The notes below the pieces were generated by a model. It was not told the DNA's origin and ran no database searches. It saw nothing but the letters and a program-made list of their open reading frames with translations. The position numbers and the translations under genes are program-made. Shown here piece by piece: positions 50,804 to 63,780 of a stretch of 64,000 nt of DNA. This stretch comes from Eledone cirrhosa (lineage: Eukaryota): assembly GCA_964016885.1 (NCBI GenBank), contig CAXHJY010000210.1:124001-188000 (forward strand), written 5' to 3'. Numbering within the stretch: the first letter of the stretch is position 1; each line of letters opens with the position of its first letter.

Positions 50804-52342
50804 GAAAGAATGGTATTTAACTAATGTATTGGTACGCGATGGGGCCCACCCACAGCCCCGGCGGACAGAATGGAGAAGGCGTTTCCCCGGAGCACGGCAA
50901 GGGAGACGCGCTGGAAAAGCCACTCCAACTCGCGGCGCTCACACCTGCGGCTGGCCATCTCAGCGTCTATGGTGGTGAGTAAGGAGGTAGCCCTGGGGCC
51001 GAGGACACTGCCAGGGGAATGACCGCAAACCTGTCGGAGAGCGACCGGTATTTGAGGAGTTTGGCCCCCTCAGCCCGATGCAGCAGAACCTGGGTCAATC
51101 GCAGACTGCACCAGATTGCGGCTGCAGAAAGTGTCGGTGCAAGTGGCATCCCAGACGAGGGGTTTGCCACCGCGGAACGGGAAGATGGTCATGCCATCTG
51201 GCCTTTTGCCGTCCCCTCGATCCAGCCCCACCGGCTCGAGCTGGGAAGGGAAGCCAGCAACGTCCAAGCCAAGCTTAATGACCTTGTTGAGGGCAGTATG
51301 GCGTGGAATGCGGCCGGCACTGTGGCGACAGGAAAGCGGGTGCAGGCCGAAAGAGTCCATGGTGGATCCACAGCGACATTGGTGTGGCTGGCAGATCCGG
51401 AGGCCGAGCTTCAGGGAAACGCCGATTCGCAGGCTATGGTTGTCTAGCTGCGTGCCAGTGGAGAAGGAGGGCAGTGCATGGAGCCAGGCACCACTCTGGG
51501 GTTTGGAGGCCGCACGAAAACAAGCAAGGCGGTGCTGGTCGAGCTGGCGCGTGAGCCTGTCTGAGGCCAGGCTGCACTGGATGGCATCCCAAGTGCGTTG
51601 GGGGGACTTGACGTCAACAGGGGGAGAAGGAGGAAGGACGTCTACTGGACTAAGTCCCAGCCGGTCCCACGTCTCACAGGCGGCCTCACGTTCTCTGAAC
51701 ACAGAAGGTTCTGTTGTGTTTTGAAGAACCCTGCTGACGAGGACGCGGCACGAGGTTACCGACGAAAGATACGCCGGCAAAGTTAGTGAGATCGGGGACC
51801 GGAGGCCAAGACCGCCATACCTGATAGGTAAAGTGGCCTGTTGCCACCCTATGTCGTCAAACTTGACGTTGCATATCCCCTCGGAAACAAGTATCGAGGT
51901 CAGCGAGGAGAGATGTCTGGGTGTAGCATGGAGCGCTGCGGGGTGTATAGAGGAGCTTGGGCATGGCGAAGCAGCTCCTCAGCAGAAAGAGAGCTTGGTG
52001 GCCGTCAATCAAGCCCAGTCAGCTCGTGAGAGTCTGGAGCTGTTGAAGCCTGGACCTGATGGTGGAGCGGATGGCCGGCGGGTGGATCGGTGACCCGAGG
52101 ATGAGGACATCCTCTTTGGCGGGGTCACCTGAACCTGGCGGAGAATGGACCGCACGTCCAAGACGGAGGCTGCAAAGCTCGCAGCATCGAGGCTGACGTT
52201 CACCACCTCCGACTTGGCCGAGTTGACCTGGAGGCCGATTCCCGCCAGGGTAGGAATCACCGATTGAAGGTCTTGGCAGACCGTCCGTACGGGCCCGCCC
52301 AACGTAGCATCATCAAGATACCAAACGTTGAGAGGGGCCGTG
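50804..52342 (-). mobile_element. 5'-truncated CRE-like non-LTR retrotransposon (RT end, Zn motif, restriction-like endonuclease)
   Basis: NVWYLDDATLGG, GLQVNSAKSE, GGLGL, SGAWLHALP, CRCG..DSFGLHPLSC..RH, KRPDGMTIFP..LVWDATC; visibly GC-rich. Confidence 0.82.
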
Positions 52343-52526
52343 CTGCATTAGGAGAAAATTAGTGACAGAAAATTAGTATGTTTATTTAAGCGATCGCCAC
52401 CGGAAGTGTTGACATTTCAGAAATTTTAAAGAAGTGAATCTTTAAATAAATAAAATATATTTAATCAACAGCCACGAAATTTAGTAGATAAATTATGTAA
52501 TATTCATTCATTATTTATTCAAAGTA

Positions 52527-52712
52527 GGGCGGTGGATTGGCAGTATCGGTAGAGGGTCGGATGCCATGCTTTGACGCATGAGTACAGTCCTTGCCATTCT
52601 GAGTTCAAATCCGCCGAGGTTAACTTTGCCTTTCATCCTTACGAGGTCGATAAAATAAAATACCAGTAATGCACTGGGTATTTGCTGGCCTTGTGCTAAA
52701 AGTAGAAACAAT
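52527..52712 (+). mobile_element. Full-length Meta-like SINE with target-site duplication
   Basis: attatttattcaaagta on both sides; tRNA-like head ggcggtggattggcagtatcggtagag and B-box-like gagttcaaatcc. Confidence 0.85.
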
Positions 52713-53170
52713 TATTTATTCAAAGTAATCCAACTTATTTTACAAACGGGATAAAAAAAATAAATAAACCGTACGCAATCCCGCAGACCTTCCTTTATTA
52801 TAGTTTACATTAGTTTTTATAATTTTTTTCTTTTGTATCCATGACTATTTCCAAACAAGACAGTCCGATTCATCTTGGTTTGTGCACATCTACAAAAAAT
52901 GAATCATGTGCAAAGAAATTTCAACACTTCAACGTTTTAGCAACACTTTAAAATAAAGTTTGAAAGTATACACAAATAATTGTTTCTACATTAGGCACAA
53001 GGCCAGCAATTTGAAGAGGGGGGGAGTGGCGATTAAATTGACCCGAGTGCTTACTGGTACTTTATTATATCGACTCCATAAAGATGAAAAGCAAAGCTAA
53101 TATTGGCGGGATTTGAAAGGGTCATTACTATGCTTGGTGTCTGACTCTCAATCGATACTACCAATCCACC

Positions 53171-54242
53171 ACCCTATATATATACACAAATAATATATAC
53201 AAATCTTAATTGCATAAATATTTCTTCATAAAAATATAGAATCAAAACGAAAGTGTCGTTCGGTCAAATACCATATGGTGTACCTGAATCTCCCTCTAAT
53301 ACTTTGAGGCAGGTCAACACATTGGCAGTGTTTCCACGGGTGATAGTGAGGATAAGGCGCTAAAACAACCAGGCATCTTCACAGACAAGGCGAGCCGTAA
53401 CATTAATAAACATTAATCTAACTTAACCGAGGGCGGTGAATTGGCAGTATCGGTAGAGGGTTGGACGCCATGCTTTGATGCATAGAGTTACGGCCCTTGC
53501 CATTCTGAGTTCAAATCCCGCCTAGGTTAACTTTGCCTTTCATCCTTACGGGGTCGATAAAATAAAGTACCAGTAATGCACTGGGATAATTGCTGGCCTT
53601 GTGCCAAAAGTAGAAACAATTACTCTAACTTAACCGAAAAAAAAAAAAACTGAGACTTGTTTAAAAAAAAAAAACTATTTCCAGACCAGTATTTTTTTTT
53701 TATAACTTTCTTTTCATTTTTCAAAATAAATTAGCTAGAGTTAGATGCCTGCGGACATGACATGACATGAAAATAAGGGGTGGGTGGGAGAGAACAAACT
53801 TGAAGGTTAAAAAAAATAAATACAAGCTTTATTCATGTTGTATTCTCAAATTTTCTCTTTTGTTAAAGAAAATAGAAGTGATTTTATGATTTTGCTTTTA
53901 ACAAAAATACTAATAGTAGTTATGTGATAAGTACCACTTTTTTCAGTCGACATCTTAAATTTGTCATGTGGCAAGTCACCTTCCTACTAAATTTGATTGG
54001 GACAGAGCTATCCGCAAGAAGGTGTCTGTGAGGTGAAATGGTCATATCAGTGCATCTCTCTTCTCCTGTCATCCTTTGAGGAAACCCATTCGCCCACCAC
54101 GAAACATTTACATATTTATTGTGATTTTCTGTGTTAATGGCATTCACGAATGGTGTTTGACTGAGTGACACTTTTGTTTTGATTCTATATTCTTATGAAA
54201 AATATTTATGCAATTAAGTATTGTATATATTGTGTATAGGGT
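53171..54242. mobile_element. Non-autonomous TIR element (about 80-bp imperfect TIRs, CACC duplication) with nested SINE
   Basis: accctata..cttaattgcataaatatttcttcataaaaatatagaatcaaaac mirrored at 54168-54242; CACC at 53167-53170 and 54243-54246. Confidence 0.6.
53431..53623 (+). mobile_element. Full-length Meta-like SINE with 14-bp target-site duplication
   Basis: tctaacttaaccga at 53417-53430 and 53624-53637. Confidence 0.9.
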
Positions 54243-54452
54243 CACCCTCTACCAAAAAGAAAATTATATTATTATTATCCCCGTAAGGATGAAAGGCAAA
54301 GTTAACCTAGGCGGGATTTGAAGCCATTCTGAGTTCAAATCCCGCCGAAGTTAACTTTGCCTTTCATCCTTACGGGGTCGATAAAATAAAGTACCAGTAA
54401 TGCACTGGGTAATTGATGGCCTTGTGTCTAAAGTAGAAACAATTATTATATA

Positions 54453-55228
54453 CTAGGAGCAGTACCCAGCGTTGCCTGGGTAGGTAAAATAATATCTGCT
54501 TTGATGAAAAGGTTTTGATCTTAGCGACTGCTTCTCGATGATTCATCTATGGCCACACACAGGCCTTGCGTAGGATGGTGGTGATGACCTCTATCACTGA
54601 GAAACGCGGGTGACTGACGAAGGGGAGGGAGTTTCGAATTTGAACGAAATCGGTTAAAAAATGTGGGAGCTAGAGCCGAAAGGTGGTATTTTCGAATATT
54701 TAAGCGGCTGCCACGCTGTTCCTGAACAAAAAATCCAAAATCTAAAGCCACTTTAAGACGTGAAATAATCAGATCTAGCGTAGTGTAAAATTTGAACAAA
54801 GTAGGTTGATTAATGTGGGAGCTAGAGCCGAAAAAGTGGAAATTTGAGTCTAAAAGTGGTATTTTTGAATATTTAAGCGGCTGCCACACCGTCCCTGAAC
54901 AACAAATGCAAAATATAAAGCCATTACAGGATGTGCAATGATAAATTCTATTTTGCTTTAAAATTTGAACGAAATCGGTGGCAAAATGCGGGAGCTAGAG
55001 CCAAAAATCTTATTTTTTGATACCTAAAAAAAGGTGCCCCACCCCCCTCTATCGATTTTTATCTGCAGAATGACCCCGGAATAAATAAAAAACGATACCC
55101 TGATATATAGAAAACACTCCCCGATGACTAATCTATGAGCCTGTAAAGTTTCATGAAAATCGGTCGTAAGATGTAGACCCCTATAGGTAATACACAGACA
55201 CACATACTTAATTTTATATATATACAGA
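54453..55228 (-). mobile_element. Non-autonomous Helitron, both ends present
   Basis: Minus-strand TC start at 55228; hairpin and CTAG end at 54453. Confidence 0.8.
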
Positions 55229-58200
55229 TTATAAGAGAATTATATTATATATTATATATTATATTATTAAAATAAAAAAATAATGAAAGTTAAAATATGT
55301 AGGGGTGATAAGCCTTTCGGACTACCATGTACATTTAACACTTTTGATACGAAACCGCCTCAAACTGCTCCTGGTTCTACACTAAAAAAGCTGTTTATTT
55401 ATATTAATCTAAAATCCTTCCTTCATAATTTTATGTAACATACCTTTTTTCAGGTTAAGTTAATCCCCTCCCCCTTACATAAAAAAGCTAGTTATATTAT
55501 TACTAAGTCTCTCCAAATTTTTAATTATCTCTCTAAAAAAAAAAAAAATAATAATAATAATAATAATAACAAGCAAAAAAAATCTATTCTCTATATATGT
55601 ATAGTATATTTGATAATATATTGTATGTTTATTTAAAAACATTTGAAGACCTGATACTAATTCCTATTCTCTATATATTTTAAGAGAAAAGAGAAGACAA
55701 GCGAATAAAAATGAAATGAAAAATGGGAGAAAACGTTTGGTCAAGTCAGCTATATGATCACATACGCATACATACACACACACAGTCACTTTCTCTCACC
55801 CCACAGTGCGTGTGGACAAATTAAAATACATTTGTATATGTAAGAAATTCTCCCCAAACTGAAATAAATATATGTACTGTACTGGCGCACATTTTCGCTG
55901 AAATACGAGTCCTTTGCGCGGTCGCTTGACCTGCTAGAAATAGCAACCAAATTTCCCTCAAATCACGCAGCGTCTTAGGAAAGGATACATTGAAGAAGCG
56001 TTTCCCGAACACAGGAAATAGACGTGATGGTCACGACTGGAACATCTCTTTTGTTTCATTTATTTATTTATTACCAATTTGATTTTTAAGAAATATGATT
56101 TACAAAAGAAATAAACACAGGAGACCACTTAACATCAGCAGACAACCCCTCTACCCCAACCATTTTTTAGACACAGCACACAGATACAGGCAAACAAAAT
56201 AACACAAGACAGGGAGGAGAAACCGATAGTAATAAAAATTATCAATCTTACTAGTGCAGAACCAACACCCAACCTTATCAACTTACTCTCCAAAGGTCTT
56301 AAATTCACACCGACCCCACTACGTCCTAACTACTATGAAATGAAGGAAGACATCACAGACTTCTGTAGAAAGTTACGACTTAGTGAACAACTATTCGACC
56401 AGTACAATGAGGATGAATCATTAGCCAGAAATAGAAGCAATTACACCCCTTCAAAAGGTAGAAATAAAATCCTGGACGAATTCTGTGAACACATCACAAA
56501 CTTCCCTTACCAACGCTTGCACAGACAAAAACACAAGCCAAACCTCAACAAGAAAGAATGGGAAGAATTAAATAGATTAAAAACCGACAGAACCATTACA
56601 ATTAAAGAGGCTGATAAAGGGAGTACAGTAGTCCTAATGGAGACAGAATTCTATATCAACTTAGCGCTCTCCACTTTGGAAAACGAAACATACCACGAAA
56701 AGGCTGAACACTACAATCAACAGAAAATTATGAGAAACCTAAAAACTCTAATCAACCAATACAAAGAAGGACTCACTAACAAGGAATTCAGCTTCATCAC
56801 AGACTTCACAAGTAAATCCAGCCTCTTCTACGGTATCCCTAAAGTACATAAAAGCGAATCAATAAGTAAGGCATGCAAGGAAGCCACAGACATAGTCATC
56901 AATGTCCCCTCACCCAATGATCTCAAATTAAGACCTATAATAGCAGGCCCCGCTTGCGAAACGCACCGTCTTAGCAACTTCATTGATACCCTTCTCAAAC
57001 CCTTCCTCAAACACATCAAAAGCTATATAAGGGACGACCTAGATATGCGCAATCACCTCCCTAATATGCCACTTTCTGAACAAACCCTACTAGTGACGTT
57101 CGATGTAGTCAACCTATACTCCAACATCCCCCACAACCTAGGAATAGAAGCTATCCAATTCTGGCTGGATAATTAACACAATGAACTCCCACAACGCATC
57201 AAAAAAGAATTCGTGATAGAGGGACTCAAATTTATCTTGGAGAACAATTACTTCGTTTTCAATAACAAACCCTACAGGCAGAAATCTGGGACTGCTATGG
57301 GAACGAAAATGTCCCCCACTTATGCCAACCTAGTCATGGGATACCTGGAAATCACCCTCTACACTAAAGTCCTAAACAAATTTGGAAACACCCTCCACTT
57401 ACACATTGAAAGGAACTGGAAGCGATATCTAGATGACTGCTTCATCCTTTGGCACGAAAACATCGAAAAACTTAAAGAATTTCACACCCTTATAAATGGG
57501 CTCAACACGAATATTAACTTCACGATGGAATACAGCCATCAACAACTCCCCTTCCTCGACATCCTCATTAAGATCCATAAGAAAAAAATAGAAACAGACA
57601 TATACTACAAGCCCACAGACTCCAAGCAATATCTCCCCTTCAACTCTTGCCACCCTAGACACGTTAAAATTAATATTCCCTACAACTTAGCCAAGAGAAT
57701 CTGTACTATAGTCTCCAATAAAAACACCTGCTACTTACGGCTACAAGAACTAAAGGACACACTCATAGGCAGGGACTACCCTGCATCACTAATTGACAAT
57801 GGAATCCAACGTGCCCTAAAACTCAGTACCCAGGACCTTAGACACCCTAAAGTAAATCAACCGAAACTAAAAGCTCTTCCATACATCTCCACACACAACC
57901 CTCTCAACAATGAGGCCTTTGACACCATCCTCCAGAACATCCCTGTGTTGAAAAAGGACCATAGAATGAACCAAATTCTACGAACACACGATATCATAAA
58001 GAGCCACTGAGTGAACACATTGATACCTGTGCCGCCCAAAATCATCCCAACTTCAGAATCTTTCCCCTCTACAAATATAAAGATAATGCCACCCACACCC
58101 AGCGCATCAGCAAGGAATCTTACTTCATTAACAAATACGGACCCCGTCTAAACACTTCTCCCTAAGACGAACCCACAACATACACACTTTAACATACATA

Positions 58201-58276
58201 TCTACATCAGCACACATCTCCACCCACATATAAACACAATGACATACGTAAACACACATGCTCTATGGTGCAACAC

Positions 58277-58359
<83 letters not shown>

Positions 58360-58414
58360 ATATATGAATATATGAATATATACACATACATATATTCACT
58401 ATATATATATATAC

Positions 58415-58452
<38 letters not shown>

Positions 58453-58457
58453 GTATA

Positions 58458-58536
<79 letters not shown>

Positions 58537-58893
58537 GTATATATATATATAGTGAATATATGTATGTGTATATATATGTAGTGAATATCATTTCACACCT
58601 TTTATTGCTAAGATTTTTTGATGTTCTATTAAGAGAACCGATTTTACTGAAAAAATCGAATAATGTACACCATTTTACCAGGGGGAAAACAATACTGGTC
58701 CACCCACACACACACACATATATACACACACACATACACACGCGTACATTGGCATACAAAGAGACTTATACACACACACACACACGCGCGCACTTCTCCG
58801 TATAAGACAAAAGCTGAAAAATATCTTTTGACATGCTAAAATACTTTCAGACACATTCTTACTGACCATCCCTGCTACCACGAATTACTCTGC

Positions 58894-58968
<75 letters not shown>

Positions 58969-59094
58969 ATCTTAATAGCCATTTGACACACATCCCTGCT
59001 GACCATTGTCGCAACATCGAACACCTCACTACTACTGCACACACACACACACACACACATATTTGTTGTGAAAGAGTCATTTCTCAATCTTGGC

Positions 59095-59335
59095 GCAAAA
59101 CCAATTTTTTATTCACATGACCTCTACCGACCAATCAAAATTGTTTTGACCACAAGAATTTTTGCAAACACCAAATAGCGCTGGAGCCACTTTTTTAACA
59201 TAAAAACAGTCTTGGCGATAAATCTATTTTTTACATTCACATGACCTCTACCGACCAATCAAAATTGTTTTGACCACAAGAATTTTTGCAACACCAAAGT
59301 AACGCTGGAGCCACTTTTTTAACATAAAAACAGGT
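59095..59335 (+). repeat. Tandem duplication (about 125 bp) of a CCAAT/TATA-like segment in the pLTR
   Basis: attcacatgacctctaccgaccaatcaaaattg...gagccacttttttaacataaaaacag occurs twice. Confidence 0.85.
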
Positions 59336-59394
59336 AGAATTCCCAAAACTAATCAGATCAGAGCAAACAACACGGACACTCTATCTCAAAATTA

Positions 59395-59432
59395 TTTTTG
59401 AAAAGCATTTAGAAATGCGCAACCGGTAAAAA
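59395..59432 (+). ncRNA. Minimal hammerhead, U3-A8 core, GAAA changed to GCAA
   Basis: ttt-TTGAAAA-GCATTT ag AAATGC-GCAA-CCGG-TA-aaa. Confidence 0.65.
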
Positions 59433-59588
59433 CCTAAAAACTTAAAACCACAACTGAATACTAACCCATACAATCACTAATACTCTTTTATTCCTAATTA
59501 AACCATTTTTCAACTGTGAACAATTTGTCAGCATTTTCTATTCCGTTTACCAATATATAATAACTTGTGTGTTACACCTCTATTCTTT

Positions 59589-59641
<53 letters not shown>

Positions 59642-59647
<6 letters not shown>

Positions 59648-62643
59648 GTGAGGTTTTTTTTACAAAATGAAAAATAACCGAGGTGTCCTACACGAGTGAA
59701 AGTATAAAGAAAAAGAGATGAAATCGAAAATGCAACTGGAGTCTTATTTTTTTTTTTTTTTTTTTTTAAATATATATTTATTTGGTTCCTTTACCGGTTT
59801 CGCAGTTCTTCTGCTTTTCAAAAGGTGAGTTGAGATGGAGGGTCTGTGGTTTTTCTCACATCTGGTTGGTCTCTGAATGTTACTTGTTTTATATGGAAAA
59901 AGTGGCTCGAAATGCCAGGTTTTTCGAGAAGTAATTTGATTGGTTTGTCAATAATTATAATAAATTTCGCGCCAGTTCGCGTTACAATAGTTCTTCAAAT
60001 AAGAGGGGGGGGGGGGGTTTGTCACAGGTTGTTTTTTCATATATGAGTGTTTGAATTTCTTTTTACTTGAAAAAGGAGGCTCACGAAGGCTTTTTTTTTG
60101 GTTGGTTATAAATGAAATTTGGCTGTCACGTGAACAAGTTTTCATTACATTTTTGCGCCCTTATTTGGAAAACTATTCTGTAGTCTTTATAGTGAATGTT
60201 ATGACAATGGAGAGATAGTGGTCAAGATAAAAGGGATTGGGAGATTTGTTCTGGTTCAGTGAATATGGCCAGCTCGCCGGGGTGTCAGAATTCAGATTTT
60301 CTATTGAAGTGAAGATATGTATGTTTATTTGTGTGCTTGTGTGTGTGTGTATGTGTGTATTGGAAGATGATTCTATTAGTAGAGATGGGAGAGGGAGTTG
60401 TGTGTGTGTGTATATGGGTGTTATGTGTGTGTGTGCGAGTATGTTAAGATGGAGAGAATATATATTTTGTGTGTGTGTATATATATATGTGTGTAGGAAA
60501 GTGGTTCTATTAGTAGAAATGGGGAGGGAGTTGTAGGTGTGGGGGTTGTTATGTGTGTGTATGGGTGTTATGTGTGTGGGTGTATGGTTAACATGTTAAG
60601 ATGAAGAGAATATATATATATATATATATTGTGTGTGTGTATGTGTGTGTGTAGGAAAGTGATTCCTTTAGTAGGAATATTTTTGAATGAACATATTTTC
60701 CTTACTTTTTCGTGTTTGCTGTTGTATTGCCAGTGCAAACGTATGTTAAGGTTTATTTAGTTCGGGTTTTTATTTTCTAAAGTAGAAGGTGTTATGTGTG
60801 TGTGTGTGTGTGTCATATTGTGGTGTTGACATAATGTATATTAAACCTTATTTAATGTTGGTCTATATTTTTGAATAAACATAGAAGCAATAGGATTCTG
60901 GCTAGAGAAATATCCCAATGAGATACCTGACAGAATAGAAATTAAAGGAAATTCTACTCGAGAGAGAGTACCCACTATTACTAATAAATAATGGAATAGA
61001 AAGGGCTAAAGCAATAGGCATTGATGAATTACGGAAACAGAAACAAATTCAAGGTACGTCCAATATTCTATCATATATCTCAACACACAACCCAAGAAAT
61101 GCGGAAGCTTACAACACTATTCACAATAACATCCCACTACTAAAACAAAACCCAAGAATGAAAAAAGCCCTTGAAACACACAAAATAATCAAAAGCAAAA
61201 GACAACCAAAATCACTGAAAACATTACTCACCAATGCCAAATTACCTACCACAAACCCACAACCAAGTATCAAAAAATGTGGTCGCTCTAATTGTGGAAC
61301 CTGCACTCACCTCATTGAAGGCAACACGTATACATTTAAATCAGGACAACATTTTACTGTAAAAAATCACTTCACTTGCTCATCAAAAAATCTAATTTAT
61401 GCCATTAAATGTAAAGGATGCAATGAAGATTATATAGGACAAACTAAACTCACACTCAGAAACAGAATGACAGTTCATCGCCAATAATTACGAGATCCAA
61501 CCACGAGACAGATACCACTAAGTGCACATCTAGACATTTGCGCAAGTAATAAGACACCCAAATTCCAAGTCTTCCCATTTTACATTTGCGCTAACAATAC
61601 AACAGAACAAATGCGAATAAATAAGGAAAATATGTTTATTCAAAAATATAGACCAACATTAAATAAGGTTTAATATACATTATGTCAACACCACAATATG
61701 ACATACACACACACACACATAACACCTTCTACTTTAGAAAATAAAAACCCGAACTAAATAAACCTTAAAAAAAGTAAGGAAAATATGTTCATTCAAAAAT
61801 ATTCCTACTAAAGGAATCACTTCCTACACACACACATACACACACACACACAATATATATATATATATATTCTCTTAATCTTAACATGTTAACCATACAC
61901 CCACACACATAACACCCATACACACACATAACAACCCCCACACCTACAACTCCCTCCCCATTTCTACTAATAGAACCACTTTCCTACACACATATATATA
62001 TACACACACACAAAATATATATTCTCTCCATCTTAACATACTCGCACACACACACATAACACCCATATACACACACACACAACTCCCTCTCCCATCTCTA
62101 CTAATAGAATCATCTTCCAATACACACATACACACACAAGCACACAAATAAACATACATATCTTCACTTCAATAGAAAATCTGAATTCTGACACCCCGGC
62201 GAGCTGGCCATATTCACTGAACCAGAACAAATCTCCCAATCCCTTTTATCTTGACCACTATCTCTCCATTGTCATAACATTCACTATAAAGACTACAGAA
62301 TAGTTTTCCAAATAAGGGCGCAAAAATGTAATGAAAACTTGTTCACGTGACAGCCAAATTTCATTTATAACCAACCAAAAAAAAAGCCTTCGTGAGCCTC
62401 CTTTTTCAAGTAAAAAGAAATTCAAACACTCATATATGAAAAAACAACCTGTGACAACCCCCCCCTCTTATTTGAAGAACTATTGTAACGCGAACTGGCG
62501 CGAAATTTATTATAATTATTGACAAACCAATCAAATTACTTCTCGAAAAACCTGGCATTTCGAGCCACTTTTTCCATATAAAACAAGTAACATTCAGAGA
62601 CCAACCAGATGTGAGAAAAACCACAGACCCTCCATCTCAACTC

Positions 62644-62648
<5 letters not shown>
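59642..62648 (+). mobile_element. Neptune-type PLE derivative: inverted pLTRs around a GIY-YIG endonuclease remnant
   Basis: Arms about 59822-60884 and 61631-62648 are reverse complements; central 60881-61672 encodes IEAIGFWLEKYP, then after a deletion KKCGRSNCGTC..TCSSKNLIYAIKCKGCNEDYIGQT..RMTVH; (TA)n on both sides. Confidence 0.92.
59788..59825 (-). ncRNA. Minimal hammerhead ribozyme, U3-A8 core, intact
   Basis: Minus strand: cctt-TTGAAAA-GCAG aagaa CTGC-GAAA-CCGG-TA-aagg. Confidence 0.82.
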
Positions 62649-62712
<64 letters not shown>

Positions 62713-62852
62713 AGTGTAATTTTCTACACAAAACGAAGGTTATAGAGAAAATTGAGGTTGGTAATGGCACATGGAATATATAAGAGACAGAATACTTTTT
62801 TTGTGAAAAAACATATAATTTTATAAGGTAAGGAAATAATAAAGGGTATAAA

Positions 62853-62898
62853 AAATGACCGGTATCGATGGGTCTGCAAAAGCCATCTTTTCAAATGT
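62853..62898 (-). ncRNA. Minimal hammerhead, U3-A8 core, GAAA changed to GATA, in a probable third pLTR (about 62708-63200)
   Basis: Minus strand: acat-TTGAAAA-GATGG cttttgcagac CCATC-GATA-CCGG-TC-attt. Confidence 0.65.
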
Positions 62899-63204
62899 TG
62901 ATTAATATTAAGAAAAATTAATAATACGAAGAGTTAAAATTTGAGATTTGAAAATTCAAGTATAAAATTCATTGTGGGATTTCATAGTAGTTTTCATCTA
63001 GGTAGCAACAACAGGTAGACTGCTGTGTCCCTTTCTGGTAGTGAATAAGAAGTTATTTGGGGTGTGGGTTATTTTATAAAGGTCAGATTTAGCAATGGCC
63101 AACTGGCCAGCTGCTGGTCAGTGAGGGGGTGGAAGCAATATACATACACATATTTTCCTGTGGTGGGTAGGAGAGTGGAGCGTGATAGAAAGGGATTTAG
63201 TGCA

Positions 63205-63263
63205 CTTACACCTATATATACACACATACCTTCATCCACACATACATATACATATACATACAC

Positions 63264-63308
<45 letters not shown>

Positions 63309-63780
63309 CACACATACATACACACACACATACATATACATACACCCATACACACACACACACATATATACACATACACACATATATATATATATACACA
63401 CACACACATATATATACATACACATACATCCAGATACACACATACATACACACACACACACACATATATATATACACATATATATATATATATACACACA
63501 CACACCCACACATACATACACACACACACACACACATATATATACACACACACATATATATACACACACACACACATATATATACACACACACACACATA
63601 TATATATATACACATACGCATACATCCAGATACACACATACAGACACACACACACACACGCACACACAATACATACATCCACATGCACACACATACACAC
63701 ACATATACACATACATACACCCACACACAGAGAAATGGCCTCATAATATATATATATATACATACATACACATATATTTT
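63205..63780. repeat. Compound (CA)n/(TA)n microsatellite field
   Basis: Directly visible; similar tracts at 58290-58580, 44788-44872 and elsewhere. Confidence 0.95.

Larger units (their letters stand above)
56100..59592 (+). mobile_element. Neptune-type Penelope-like element: RT frame about 56234-58010 with one TAA, GIY-YIG largely deleted, long pLTR
   Basis: KIINLTS..LLSKGLKFTPTP, IKEADKGS, FYGIPKVHK, LRPII, TFDVVNLYSNI, GTAMGTKMSPTYANLVMG, RYLDDCF, LPFLDI, YYKPTD; stop at 57174-57176. Confidence 0.92.

Noticed and set aside
51019-52093. Several + strand ORFs in GC-rich DNA suggesting bacterial contamination
   Set aside because: They are antisense to a CRE-like retroposon that is integrated within a host repeat.
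53431-53520. tRNA-like A/B boxes
   Set aside because: SINE heads with target-site duplications, no complete cloverleaf.
57174-57176. In-frame stop in PLE RT as possible selenocysteine recoding
   Set aside because: The codon is TAA, not TGA, and the paralogous segment at about 60910 has Tyr; simple nonsense mutation.
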